Part shown: positions 63,820-64,000 of the stretch, in pieces
Numbering within the stretch: the stretch's first letter is position 1
How the letters are laid out: each line of letters opens with the position of its first letter
NCBI GenBank assembly: GCA_977030845.1
Contig: OZ365118.1
Coordinates: 18,414,001 to 18,478,000 of the forward strand
Origin: Fimbriosthenelais zetlandica
Lineage: Eukaryota
Direction of reading: 5' to 3'
DNA length: 64,000 bases
Made by a program: the position numbers and the translations under genes
The notes under the pieces: generated by a model
Seen by the model: only the letters and a program-made list of their open reading frames with translations
What the model was told of the DNA's origin: nothing
Database searches by the model: none

Positions 63820-64000
63820 GTGAGTCCATCCTATAATATATAATACCTCTATAATGGTGGGTGCACGAGGTCCTGGGTTCAATCCCACAACCATTCTATG
63901 ACTTCCTCATTGTCCATATCCATCCAGTGCTCCTAACTGGAATATCAAAATCCAGCCATGTCTGTGGTAAGAAGCATGTAGGTCTACCACTGTCTGTGGT

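Noticed and set aside
1-64000. CRISPR arrays, operons, rho-independent terminators, rRNA
   Set aside because: The sequence is spliced eukaryotic DNA; its tandem repeats have no unique spacers and no rRNA-like segment was seen.

Overview
Eukaryotic, intron-containing, AT-rich animal DNA. The gene families suggest a lophotrochozoan-type invertebrate (inference). No prokaryotic features, CRISPR arrays or intact RNA genes were seen. Bases 1-24,900 are gene-poor: microsatellites, tRNA-derived SINE heads, a TTAA-flanked piggyBac-type non-autonomous element, degraded Ty3/gypsy relics and several perfect hairpins. Bases 24,900-64,000 are gene-dense. Ten spliced genes were rebuilt by hand from GT/GC-AG sites and exon phases: a CH-domain transgelin/myophilin-like gene (+), an orphan 4-exon gene whose exon structure the ORF track misses (-), an SLC22 transporter (-), a myristoylated MIEAP-domain gene (+), a CABIT-domain adaptor with three tandem YMNM motifs (+), a CYP4-family P450 (-), two adjacent type II membrane proteins with Tyr-motif tails and similar TM segments (+; one has an NHL-like beta-propeller), a CHST-type sulfotransferase (+), and a gene running off the right end (+). 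The last is the standout. It begins as a DEG/ENaC channel (HG motif, TM1, [10 protein letters not shown]). It then continues in frame into about 1,080 aa of PAN, MAM, kringle and LDLa modules, all joined by phase-1 introns. One of its splice acceptors has been amplified into a 21-bp in-frame minisatellite.
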